Translations under genes and position numbers: made by a program
Shown: positions 33,182 to 41,225 of the stretch, in pieces
Position numbering within the stretch: the stretch's first letter is position 1
Layout: the number at the start of each line of letters is the position of its first letter
Notes under the pieces: generated by a model
Told to the model about the DNA's origin: nothing
The model's input: only the letters and a program-made list of their open reading frames with translations
Databases searched by the model: none
Assembly (NCBI GenBank): GCA_016204585.1
Contig: JACQKH010000051.1
Coordinates: forward strand, 1-48,480
Reading direction: 5' to 3'
DNA length: 48,480 nucleotides
Source of the DNA: Candidatus Kerfeldbacteria bacterium
Lineage (GTDB): Bacteria > Patescibacteriota > Patescibacteriia > SBBC01

Positions 33182-35440
33182 TTATTGTTTCGGCAGTCCT
33201 TCCAGTTTCTTCCCGACCTCGGTATTGGTCGGATCAAGCTGCTGCACGATCTCAAATTCCTGCCGCGCCGTGGCCGTATCTTTATCCGCTTCAGCCAGAA
33301 GTCCGAGTTCCCAGTGTGCCTGCGCCAGACCTGGTTGGAGCTGCGCCGCGCTGGTAAAGGCATCCTTCGCACTCTTCGCGTCCTTCCGATCTTTGTACCG
33401 AAGTCCGAGTTCGTACCACAGCGCGGCCATCGTCGGATTCGCTTTTGTCAACGCTTCCAAACGGTTGAAGGCCGTATCTTTCTCGCCCGCCAGTTCGTCC
33501 AGCAACACCAATCCGAACGATCCCTCAAGATTGTTCGGCTGGAGATTGAATACAGTTTCGAACTCGCTCCGACTGACGATGATGCTTTTTTGAACTTCTG
33601 GATCGCTAGCCGAGTTCCCTTTTTGAGCATAGAGCGAAGAAGCGCGCAGATAGTGTGCCTGACCCAGGTCGAGGCGTAGCTGCGGATTGTTCGGCTCCAG
33701 CTTTACCAACCGTTCAAAGGCGGAAAGCAGCAGGTCTCCGCCGTTGGCGATATTCTTGTAAAGTTGGGCGACCGATTCCAAGACTAACGGGTTGCCTGGG
33801 TCGCGGCTGACCGCCGTCTCGGCGTCGTTGATGGCCTGAGCAATCAGGTTTTGGATTTTAGCGCGGTCGGGAGACGACGACTGACTAAGTAGCTGCGCCT
33901 GAATCAACTGGTTCTGAGAGCGAAACAACCACGGCAGGGCAGCGCTAGGATTCAGTCGAATGGTCCGATCGATGCGTTGACCAATAATGCTCAAATCCTC
34001 TTGTCGGGACAGCGCGGCGGCAACTTGATTGAGACCGCGGTCGGCCAGGACCAGGCGAATTGACCAGACCAGGACAAACCCGAACGCGGCGGTGATCACC
34101 AGGAAGGACAAGGGGCTGAGCAAACGACCGGCCGTGCGCTTGAAAATTTGGGTCCGTACCTTTGTTTTTACCACGACTGAAACAAACGCCGTGGTGGCCC
34201 ACCACAGGACGAAGGTCGTCATCGTTGACGGCGCGAATACCAGCGCTGCGGTAACGCCGGCCCATACGCCGATCAGGCTGGAGATGCTTGACCATTGCTG
34301 ACCATGGTCGTCAGCCAATTGTTCGCTTTGCCGGATGAACTTCAGCAACAATCCGATGATCACGCTAAGCAACGCCAACGCGCCGAGCAGGCCGAGGGTC
34401 GCCAGTACCTGAAGACCGTCGTCGGAGGCGGTCGGCATAACCAGCGGGTTTCCCCGAACGGCGGCCGGCCGGAAGCGCACGTAGTCATACATGAACGTTG
34501 CCGGGCCGGACCCCAGAATCGGGTAGGCCTTAAGACTGGCTTTGGTTATCGACCACGACGCGGCGCTATCAAGGACTACGTCGGTCTGCAACCCACTTTT
34601 TACAAAACGATTAGTCGGCAAAAGTAAGCCGACCACGGCGATGATAACGATTAATCCGGAGACTAACAATTCAACCCGAGCGAGACGGCGAAGACTCACA
34701 AACACGATGGATACGACCATGCTGATAAGGAGACTTATCCAGCCGGCTGGCACGTCAACAGCCAGCAGCCCGATCACCGCTACCACCATTCCCGTCGCGG
34801 TTAACACCCTCCACCGAAGTTCGCGCGGCTGGTTGAAGGACATCAGACAAAGTGATGCCAGGGCTCCCATCAGGATGCCGAAGGCGGCCAGGCTATTGGC
34901 GGTAGGCAAGAAGTTCGGCGATCGGAGTTCAACCAAGGAGAAAGGAGACAATCCGGCAATCTGGAGCATGCCTATCAAACCAGCCAGACCCAGAGAGGTG
35001 GTAATCAGCGCGACAAAGAAATCAACGTCGTTCACTCCATCGAACACTTGGCCAATCAGCATCAGGAAAACGATGGCCGCCAAGAGCACCGGCAGCGTCT
35101 GGTGCACAAACGCCGAAACTCCGAGGAGCGAGGCGACGTGGCCGATCGAGAATATCGTCGACAGGACGACGACGATCGCCAAGGCCAGCAGCGGCCACTG
35201 ACCAGGAATCGGCCGCCAGCGAAGCTCGCCTGAGATGACCCAGGTCGCCGTCCACGACAACCCCGCCAGCAAAGTCAAAACAAGAAACAGCGCCGCCTTC
35301 GGAAGCTCATGCAGGTCGGTAAGTCCGGGCAGGAAGAACAGCGGTACGGAAAAAACCGCCAACGCCAGTAGGACCCTAGTCAATCCTTGAAGGGAGCTCA
35401 CCAGACGCTGGGTGGAATTGCGACGTTGGAAAAATATCAT
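33182..35440 (-). CDS. O-antigen ligase (Wzy_C)-like polytopic membrane protein fused to C-terminal TPR repeats
   Basis: More than 10 TM segments. YPILGSGPATFMYDY then SDDGLQVLATLGLLGAL follows the GxGxGxF ... HN.yLq.laE.GllG order of WaaL/Wzy_C proteins. C-terminal AWYELGLRYKD..., AHWELGLLAE... TPR units. Confidence 0.78.
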   Translation of the reverse strand: MIFFQRRNSTQRLVSSLQGLTRVLLALAVFSVPLFFLPGLTDLHELPKAALFLVLTLLAGLSWTATWVISGELRWRPIPGQWPLLALAIVVVLSTIFSIGHVASLLGVSAFVHQTLPVLLAAIVFLMLIGQVFDGVNDVDFFVALITTSLGLAGLIGMLQIAGLSPFSLVELRSPNFLPTANSLAAFGILMGALASLCLMSFNQPRELRWRVLTATGMVVAVIGLLAVDVPAGWISLLISMVVSIVFVSLRRLARVELLVSGLIVIIAVVGLLLPTNRFVKSGLQTDVVLDSAASWSITKASLKAYPILGSGPATFMYDYVRFRPAAVRGNPLVMPTASDDGLQVLATLGLLGALALLSVIIGLLLKFIRQSEQLADDHGQQWSSISSLIGVWAGVTAALVFAPSTMTTFVLWWATTAFVSVVVKTKVRTQIFKRTAGRLLSPLSFLVITAAFGFVLVWSIRLVLADRGLNQVAAALSRQEDLSIIGQRIDRTIRLNPSAALPWLFRSQNQLIQAQLLSQSSSPDRAKIQNLIAQAINDAETAVSRDPGNPLVLESVAQLYKNIANGGDLLLSAFERLVKLEPNNPQLRLDLGQAHYLRASSLYAQKGNSASDPEVQKSIIVSRSEFETVFNLQPNNLEGSFGLVLLDELAGEKDTAFNRLEALTKANPTMAALWYELGLRYKDRKDAKSAKDAFTSAAQLQPGLAQAHWELGLLAEADKDTATARQEFEIVQQLDPTNTEVGKKLEGLPKQ

Positions 35441-36312
35441 AGATTTTGATTTTTAGATTGACGGAGTCGCTTGACCAGCGCCTCGAACTCTTCGTCCGAA
35501 TAAAATTCTATGGTAATGTTACCAACCCTACCGTGTTTGTCAATTCGGACGCGGGTGCCGAACAGTTCTCGCAAGTCATCCTCCGCGGCGACGAAGGTCG
35601 GATTAGCCGGTTTTTTTAGGCGGCGATTCGGCACCGTTCGCTGGGCTAGTTGCTCGCCGCTGCGCACGCTAAGCGAGCCCTTGAGGATGGCCGCAAACAA
35701 ACGCAGTTGCTCTTTAGACGTCGGCGCGCTGGCAATAACCTTGGCGTGCCCTTCGGTGATTTTCTCCTCAGCCACGGCTGCCTGAACCTCGGCGGGCAAA
35801 TCAAGGAGTCGCAGCGTGTTGGCCACCGTCACCCTGGATTTTCCCACCCGCTTGGCCACCTGTTCCTGGGTCAGGCCGAATTCTTCAATCAGCTTGTGAT
35901 AGGCGTGCGCCCGTTCCATCGGATTCAGGTCTTTCCGCTGGACGTTCTCCACGATCGCCAGTTCGAGCTGCTGCTGGGTGGTGGCGTCGCGGACGATTGC
36001 CGGCACGGTCTTCAGTCCCAAAATCTGGGCGGCTTTCAAGCGACGCTCGCCGGCGATCAGCTGGTAGCCGCTTCCCGATTTGACCATCACCAGCGGTTGC
36101 ACAATGCCGTGCTCGCGAATCGAGTTTATCAAGTCCTCAAGGGCGGCGTGATCCTGCGATTTGCGCGGCTGGTGCGGATTGGTCACAATCTGGTGTACCG
36201 GGACTAGCAGCACGCCCGGTTGTTCAACTCCTGACTTCCGAGCGGAAGCGTTCGGAATCAGCGAACCCAAACCACGGCCGAGAGCTCCGTTCACCCCGTT
36301 AGAAATTACCAT
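35437..36312 (-). CDS. parB: Chromosome partitioning protein ParB/Spo0J
   Basis: LGRGLGSLIP, IVQPLVM, GERRLKAAQILGL, HTH segment QEQVAKRVGKSRVTVANTLRLL. Start is ATG 36310-36312, 6 nt after GGAGG. Confidence 0.93.
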   Translation of the reverse strand: MVISNGVNGALGRGLGSLIPNASARKSGVEQPGVLLVPVHQIVTNPHQPRKSQDHAALEDLINSIREHGIVQPLVMVKSGSGYQLIAGERRLKAAQILGLKTVPAIVRDATTQQQLELAIVENVQRKDLNPMERAHAYHKLIEEFGLTQEQVAKRVGKSRVTVANTLRLLDLPAEVQAAVAEEKITEGHAKVIASAPTSKEQLRLFAAILKGSLSVRSGEQLAQRTVPNRRLKKPANPTFVAAEDDLRELFGTRVRIDKHGRVGNITIEFYSDEEFEALVKRLRQSKNQNL

Positions 36313-36372
36313 GGTAACCTCCACGAGAGTGTCCATGACTGAAAAAGTTGATGACGAAATTTCTAACGGGGT

Positions 36373-37143
36373 TCATTTTGCCTCTCCAGTCCAGTGAATT
36401 TCCCGAGCCAGCCGATGATAAGCCCGCGCACCGCTCGAGTCGCGGCTGTGCTCGAAAATGGATTTGCCAAAACTCGGCGCCTCGGCTAGCTTGACGTTTC
36501 GGGGAATGACCACGCGAAAAATATGGTGCGGAAAATGTTTGTAAATTTCATGAAACACGCTGTGGCTGAGCTCGTGGTCGTCTTCGAACATAGTCATCAC
36601 CACGCCCAGCACGTTAAGATCCGGCTTCAGATTCTGCTTCACCAGTTCAATCGTTTCCAAAAGCTGTCCCAGTCCCTCGAGTGCCAAGTACTCGCACTGC
36701 ACCGGAATCAACACCTCATCCGCGGCGGTTAGCGCATTCACGGTTAACAGCCCCAAACTCGGCGGGCAGTCAACCAGCAGGTAGTCGTAGCGATGCACCA
36801 CCGGTTCCAGCGCTTCAGCTAATCGCCATTCTCGGCGTTCGACCGTCACCAGTTCCACGTTTGCGCCGGCCAGATTCTGGGTGGCCGGTAAGACATGAAT
36901 GTTCGGCCGTCCGCTCTCGCGAATGGCGTCAACCGTCGGTACCTGACCGCTGAGCGCTTCGTACACGCCGTGCTCCACCTGGCGATAGTCAATGCCAAGC
37001 CCACTCGTGGCATTCGCCTGCGGGTCGAGGTCGACGATCAGTACTTTGTGATCGTGGTTGGCCAGGGCCGCGCCGACGTTAATGGCCGTGGTCGTTTTCC
37101 CGACCCCGCCCTTCTGGTTGACAATGGAAATTTTTCTGGCCAT
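36373..37143 (-). CDS. parA: Chromosome partitioning ATPase ParA/Soj
   Basis: Deviant Walker A motif KGGVGKTTTAINVGAALA; DLDPQANAT. Confidence 0.95.
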   Translation of the reverse strand: MARKISIVNQKGGVGKTTTAINVGAALANHDHKVLIVDLDPQANATSGLGIDYRQVEHGVYEALSGQVPTVDAIRESGRPNIHVLPATQNLAGANVELVTVERREWRLAEALEPVVHRYDYLLVDCPPSLGLLTVNALTAADEVLIPVQCEYLALEGLGQLLETIELVKQNLKPDLNVLGVVMTMFEDDHELSHSVFHEIYKHFPHHIFRVVIPRNVKLAEAPSFGKSIFEHSRDSSGARAYHRLAREIHWTGEAK

Positions 37144-37164
37144 ATCACGATTGATTACACCGGT

Positions 37165-37193
37165 AGTATACTAAAGTTGCCCCAAATCCTCAA
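37165..37193 (-). promoter_or_regulatory. Candidate parAB promoter
   Basis: Minus strand reads TTGAGG (37188-37193), a 17-nt spacer, then TATACT (37165-37170). Confidence 0.4.
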
Positions 37194-37239
37194 TGATTCA
37201 TTGACTTTTTAGTGCCGACTACGTAGACTAAATCACTGC

Positions 37240-37385
37240 GCCGCGGTGGCGGAACCACAGCACTACGCGCTTCGCTTGAGTGCTGGGCGGGCTGGCAGAC
37301 CCCGCACAACGCCTCGCACGGCTCGGCGTATGCGGGGCAAGCGCGCACGACTCACCCCGTACCATGTAGGGTTCGGGGCTGTCGC
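37240..37385 (+). pseudogene. Decayed, insertion-bearing copy of tRNA-Leu directly upstream of the intact gene
   Basis: Colinear exact matches to tRNA-Leu: GTGGCGGAAC (37246-55 = 37443-52), TACGCGC (37264-70 = 37458-64), CGCGCACGACTCA (37342-54 = 37460-72), CCCGTA, AGGGTTCG (37368-75 = 37497-504). About 70 nt of GC-rich sequence lies between the D-arm and anticodon-arm pieces. There is no matching 3' acceptor strand. Confidence 0.45.
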
Positions 37386-37436
37386 TCGCAGTCATTCACA
37401 ATTACTCTTTAAAAAGTTGCAAAGTGTGCAGGTGGT

Positions 37437-37523
37437 GCCAGAGTGGCGGAACTGGCATACGCGCACGACTCAAAATCGTGTTCCCGTAAGGGATTAAGGG
37501 TTCGACTCCCTTCTCTGGCACCA
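37437..37523 (+). tRNA. tRNA-Leu(CAA), type II, CCA encoded
   Basis: GCCAGAG-TG-GCG-GAACTGGCATA-CGC-G-CACGA-CTCAAAA-TCGTG-TTCCCGTAAGGGATT-AAGGG-TTCGACT-CCCTT-CTCTGGC-A-CCA. Flanks GCAGGTGGT and ACCACCTGC extend the acceptor helix. Confidence 0.9.
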
Positions 37524-37622
37524 CCTGCATAACTTTACTAGCTGTCGGTTCGACGGAGTTTACCCCGCCCTGAGCTTGCCGAAGGGGCGGGGACCGGCGG
37601 CACCAGTCAGGAAATCAATACC

Positions 37623-38105
37623 ATGAGTGAAAAACGTAAACTACTTCGACATTTTCTTGCTGCTCTAGCATACCGAACGCAAAAAGCACTTCGCGGAATG
37701 CCTGATGGATTTGAACAATTTAGTCCGGGATCGGGAGTCAGGACTCCGCACCAGCTTATTTGCCACATGATGAGCGTGTTGGGATATGCTCGAACATTTT
37801 TTATCGGCGGAACGTTCCCTCCGCCGAAACCCACGGACTGGAAAAATGACTTGAATGCATTCCACGAACTTCTTGAAGATCTTGGCCGATACCTGGATTC
37901 GGATACTCCACTGAAAGGGACAACCGAGGAGCGCATGCTGCAAGGCCCGTTTGCTGATGCCATGACGCACGCCGGACAACTGGCAATGCTTCGACGGTTC
38001 GCGGGTTCACCGGTCCGATCGGAGAACTTTATAAAGGCGGACATCCGGTCAAACAATTTAAGCGCCGATCAGCCAAATCCGATTGCTCCGGATTTTCCCG
38101 AATAA
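37623..38105 (+). CDS. DinB-superfamily (four-helix-bundle) protein
   Basis: RTPHQLICHM ... DAMTHAGQLAMLRR matches the His...His...H.GQ pattern of DinB_2-like proteins. Call is from memory. Confidence 0.6.
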   Translation: MSEKRKLLRHFLAALAYRTQKALRGMPDGFEQFSPGSGVRTPHQLICHMMSVLGYARTFFIGGTFPPPKPTDWKNDLNAFHELLEDLGRYLDSDTPLKGTTEERMLQGPFADAMTHAGQLAMLRRFAGSPVRSENFIKADIRSNNLSADQPNPIAPDFPE

Positions 38106-38114
38106 CCGATTCTG

Positions 38115-38837
38115 ATGAAATATCATTTCTGGAAAGGTTTAAAGTTCGACATCAGCAATCCTGATGTGTATCCGCCTAAACCCGCGACTCTCTTTTTTGC
38201 AGAGATTGCGCGCAAAACTGTAAAACCAGGATCGTCAGTGCTCGAGATGGGAGGTGGTTCGGGAGCAATCGCAATAGCAGTCGCAAGATTCGTAAAAAAG
38301 ACCACCGTAGTTGCTTCTGATATCAACCCGCACGCTACCAAGGTGACTCAAATAAATGCAAAAATTAACCGGGCAAAAGTGACTGCGATCACCAGCGATT
38401 TCTTCAAACGCATGCGGACAAGAAAATTCGATGTGATTATCGTTCATCCGCCAGCAATTCCCTATCCAAAAGGAAAAACTTGGGGCATGAGTCGAGGAAT
38501 GACTATAGCGACAAACGGCGGCCCTGATGGATCAGCTCTGGTTGTGCGTTCGATAATCGAATCTGTAAAACACTTAAAATCGAACGGCACATTATTGCTT
38601 GGTCTTCCTCACTGGTCGAATACCGGAAAAGCATATCAAGTGCTATTTGAGCATTTTTCCAACATCAAAAAATTAGGTCAAAAAGAGATTCGATTTTTTC
38701 CAGTCATGGAGGGAAAACCAAGTACAACGGTTTTGCGTCACGCAAAAAAATTAGCGGGCAATGGAATAATTGAGCTTTGGGGGAAAAATAATAAACTTTA
38801 TTCAAGAGTTTCCGTAATAGAAGCAAAGAAATTTTGA
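38115..38837 (+). CDS. Class I SAM-dependent methyltransferase (HemK/PrmC-like layout, motif IV HPPA)
   Basis: Motif I is VLEMGGGSGAIAIAVA. Motif IV-like is IIVHPPAIPYP in place of NPPY. The gene is visibly more AT-rich than its neighbours. Confidence 0.75.
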   Translation: MKYHFWKGLKFDISNPDVYPPKPATLFFAEIARKTVKPGSSVLEMGGGSGAIAIAVARFVKKTTVVASDINPHATKVTQINAKINRAKVTAITSDFFKRMRTRKFDVIIVHPPAIPYPKGKTWGMSRGMTIATNGGPDGSALVVRSIIESVKHLKSNGTLLLGLPHWSNTGKAYQVLFEHFSNIKKLGQKEIRFFPVMEGKPSTTVLRHAKKLAGNGIIELWGKNNKLYSRVSVIEAKKF

Positions 38838-38867
38838 GTAAGTAAACTGCATCAGTTCTAACCCCCC

Positions 38868-39620
38868 ATGCGTCTCATCTCACTGGCTCCAAGCAATACG
38901 GAAATTCTCTACGCGCTCGGCGTTGGCGACCAGCTGGTCGCGACCACGCACTTTTGTGATTGGCCGGCGGCTGCCACCAACCTGCCTAAGATTGGCGGCT
39001 GGATTAATACTGAGCCAGAACAAATTGCCGATTTCAAACCGGATATTATTCTGACGTCGTACTTTGTGCCTGAACCACTGCGAAGTTGGTCAGGTCCGGG
39101 TACGTTGCTGCACGTTGAGCCAAAATCTCTTTCCGAAGTAATGGATAGCATCGTTCAAATCGGCCAAGCAGTGGGCGCGAACAAGCAGGCGCAGAACGTT
39201 GTGGAAACCATGCAAGCAGCCTTTACAGAACTCCGAGCGCAGCCGCCAGCGATCAGACCGACGGTGTACATGGAAGAATGGCCGCAACCGCCGATGGTGT
39301 CAGGTAACTGGGTACCAGAGCTGGTCGAGATTGCAGGTGGTCAACCAGTCTTGGCCAAATCGGGAACGCCGAGCCGCGGTTTCGAGCTACCAGAACTTAA
39401 AGACGCAGATCCAGATTTCATGATTTTCCACTGGTGCGGCTTTGGTGAACGCTTTGACCAACAAACGCTGAAGAAACGCGGGGGGTGGAATGATCTTCGG
39501 GCAGTTCGGAACGGCAACATCCACGCGCTCGACGACTCACTGCTGAACCGTCCTGGGCCAAGACTGGTTGAAGGCGCGCAACGCATTCATGCCATAGTAA
39601 AAACATTCACCACAGTATGA
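38868..39620 (+). CDS. BtuF-like cobalamin-binding / periplasmic-binding-protein type 2 fold protein without a signal peptide
   Basis: MRLISLAPSNTEILYALGVGDQLVATTHFCDWP...KIGGW...PDIILTS...WVPELVEIAGG...NRPGPRLVEGA matches Peripla_BP_2 / cobalamin-binding proteins. Confidence 0.72.
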   Translation: MRLISLAPSNTEILYALGVGDQLVATTHFCDWPAAATNLPKIGGWINTEPEQIADFKPDIILTSYFVPEPLRSWSGPGTLLHVEPKSLSEVMDSIVQIGQAVGANKQAQNVVETMQAAFTELRAQPPAIRPTVYMEEWPQPPMVSGNWVPELVEIAGGQPVLAKSGTPSRGFELPELKDADPDFMIFHWCGFGERFDQQTLKKRGGWNDLRAVRNGNIHALDDSLLNRPGPRLVEGAQRIHAIVKTFTTV

Positions 39621-40015
39621 AGAACGTCACAATCAAACAAGGCTGTATGCTCCCCGGCACCCCGCACCAAGTGTATGAAATGTTCATGGACAGCAAACAA
39701 CACGCTGCATTCACCGGCGGCGAGGCCTTGATCAGCCAGAAAGTCGGGAGCGCTTTTTCAACGTTTGACGGCTGGGCCTCCGGCAAAAACATTGAACTCA
39801 TACCTGACAAAAAAATCGTCCAAACCTGGCGGGCTGACGACTGGCCAGCCGGTCACTACTCGACGCTGACCATCAAGCTACTCAAAGCGCCGAAAGGCAC
39901 GAAGTTACTGTTCACCCAGATCGATGTTCCAGCTCAACATGCCAAATCCATTGCCCAGGGATGGAAGGATTATTACTGGGAACCAATGAAGTTGGTACTC
40001 GCGGGCAAGCGTTAA
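39617..40015 (+). CDS. SRPBCC (AHSA1/Aha1-like) domain protein
   Basis: 132 aa. The pattern PHQVYEMFMDSKQHAAFTG...FDGWASGKNIELIPDKKIVQTWR...T.I.L....GTKL.FTQ..VP is typical of the family. The ATGA overlaps the upstream gene. Confidence 0.75.
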   Translation: MKNVTIKQGCMLPGTPHQVYEMFMDSKQHAAFTGGEALISQKVGSAFSTFDGWASGKNIELIPDKKIVQTWRADDWPAGHYSTLTIKLLKAPKGTKLLFTQIDVPAQHAKSIAQGWKDYYWEPMKLVLAGKR

Positions 40016-40066
40016 ACCTATGCGATACAAAACACCCGGTCCGAGTTTGGCTCGATCCGGATGTCT

Positions 40067-40143
40067 TGGTACCAGGGGTGGGATTCGAACCCACGACCCC
40101 GGGCTTATGAGTCCCGTGCTCTAACCAGCTGAGCTACCCTGGC
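40067..40143 (-). tRNA. tRNA with CAT anticodon (elongator Met or Ile2), CCA encoded
   Basis: GCCAGGG-TA-GCTC-AGCTGGTTA-GAGC-A-CGGGA-CTCATAA-GCCCG-GGGTC-GTGGG-TTCGAAT-CCCAC-CCCTGGT-A-CCA. G1-U72 wobble and an A31-G39 mismatch are noted. Confidence 0.82.
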
Positions 40144-40418
40144 ACGACCTGATTTGTATCAGCTTTTAGGTAGTTGCGCAACATTTGTTTAAGCGTGGTT
40201 TTGCCTTTGGTGGTTTTGAAGTAGCGCCCGCGGCGTTCGGCGTCCTGTTTGTTGAGAAATGATTCAAAGAAGATCGACGCGAATGGTCGGCGCTGCGCGG
40301 TTGAAACTGTTTGTCCAGCATTGTGCCAGCGTAAACGATTAACTACATTTTGACTCAGGCCGATGTAGAATTTCCGGTCTTTGAGACTTTGTAATGCATA
40401 CACATGAAACCATGGCAT
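40134..40418 (-). CDS. GIY-YIG nuclease family protein (YhbQ/UPF0213-like)
   Basis: MPWFHVYALQSLKDRKFYIGLSQNVVNRLRWHN...RRPF...E.F....A..RE.Y.K. AGGAGA lies 6 nt upstream of ATG 40416-40418. The last 10 nt, including the TAG stop, lie inside the tRNA at 40067-40143. Confidence 0.85.
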   Translation of the reverse strand: MPWFHVYALQSLKDRKFYIGLSQNVVNRLRWHNAGQTVSTAQRRPFASIFFESFLNKQDAERRGRYFKTTKGKTTLKQMLRNYLKADTNQVVPG

Positions 40419-40550
40419 GGTATATCTCCTAGTGCCACCGAATGTCTTGTTGTTGCCATGTACCATTCGTCTAGCCCCGTTCATTACCTTAGCAACCCCA
40501 GTTTTTAAGATGTTGCGCCAGCAATGAACCTGAGCGAAGCGAATGGTTCA

Positions 40551-40622
40551 TTGCGGGAGGGGGATTTGCACCCCCGACCTCCGGATTATGAGCCCGGCGA
40601 GCTGCTACTGCTCCATCCCGCG
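40551..40622 (-). tRNA. Initiator-type tRNA-Met(CAT), atypical D and T loops, no encoded CCA
   Basis: CGCGGGA-TG-GAGC-AGTAGCA-GCTC-G-CCGGG-CTCATAA-TCCGG-AGGTC-GGGGG-TGCAAAT-CCCCC-TCCCGCA-A. C1xA72 mismatch and a GGG run in the anticodon stem, as in bacterial tRNA-fMet. The sequence is close to E. coli metY/Z along its whole length. Confidence 0.72.
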
Positions 40623-40627
40623 GGAGG

Positions 40628-40656
40628 AGTATAATGGAAGCGAGAAAATTTGGCAA
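40628..40656 (-). promoter_or_regulatory. Candidate promoter of the tRNA-fMet / GIY-YIG / tRNA-Met unit
   Basis: Minus strand reads TTGCCA (40651-40656), a 17-nt spacer, then TATACT (40628-40633), ending 5 nt before tRNA position 1. Confidence 0.5.
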
Positions 40657-40690
40657 GTCCGCCCGTTAGCCACCAGCCATCTTTCGTTAC

Positions 40691-40720
40691 AAAAAAACTC
40701 TCCACAATCCGTGTGGAGAG
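40691..40720 (-). terminator. Rho-independent terminator
   Basis: Minus strand reads CTCTCCACA-CGGAT-TGTGGAGAG followed by TTTTTTT. Confidence 0.7.
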
Positions 40721-40798
40721 CCGTGCAATACCGTGTCGTCAAAATGAACTTCTGTGACTGGAGACCCGGTTGTTCAGCCGGGGATGACCGAGATACGA

Positions 40799-40975
40799 CT
40801 AGTCATCGTCACTGGATTTGTCTCTCTGATCCTTGGAATCACCGCGGTTCTCGGAGCCGGATGACCCGCCGCTGCAAGAACCTGTGCTCTTCCAACCGAT
40901 CCCAAACCCCGGACGAGCCGCTGGGGTCGAATCAAAAAAGCTCGCCCAAGCTTCCTGATCTTGCCAGTAACCCAT
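40799..40975 (-). CDS. Small (58 aa) Trp/Gly/Ser-rich protein with an acidic tail
   Basis: AAAGGAGGAA lies 7 nt upstream of ATG 40973-40975. MGYWQDQEAWASFFDSTPAARPGFGIGWKSTGSCSGGSSGSENRGDSKDQRDKSSDDD. A strong terminator lies about 80 nt downstream. Below the ORF-track cutoff; translated by hand. Confidence 0.5.
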   Translation of the reverse strand: MGYWQDQEAWASFFDSTPAARPGFGIGWKSTGSCSGGSSGSENRGDSKDQRDKSSDDD

Positions 40976-41225
40976 TTCACTTCCTCCTTTTCCGCGTTGT
41001 CAACAAACGACACGGGTATTGCGATTACCTGCTCTTTCCCTACCGCGGTGGTGGCGGCGGTGGCGGGACAGGCTTCGGATACCACGGAACTCCCGGCGGT
41101 CCACCAGGCATTTGACTCACCCCCTTTCTCTGTCAACGAACAGTATTGTTTTCTATGCAATAGCCATCCTTGGACGGTTGTGCTATGGTTCTGAATTAAC
41201 AGGAAGGGCCAAAAACCCTCAAGCC

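Noticed and set aside
36545-36556. ATTTCATGAAAC palindrome inside parA, and GTTCCACGT at about 36842-36850, as possible parS sites.
   Set aside because: The first lacks the central CG of TGTTTCACGTGAAACA and is only 12 bp. The second is only a half site. Both are inside coding sequence.
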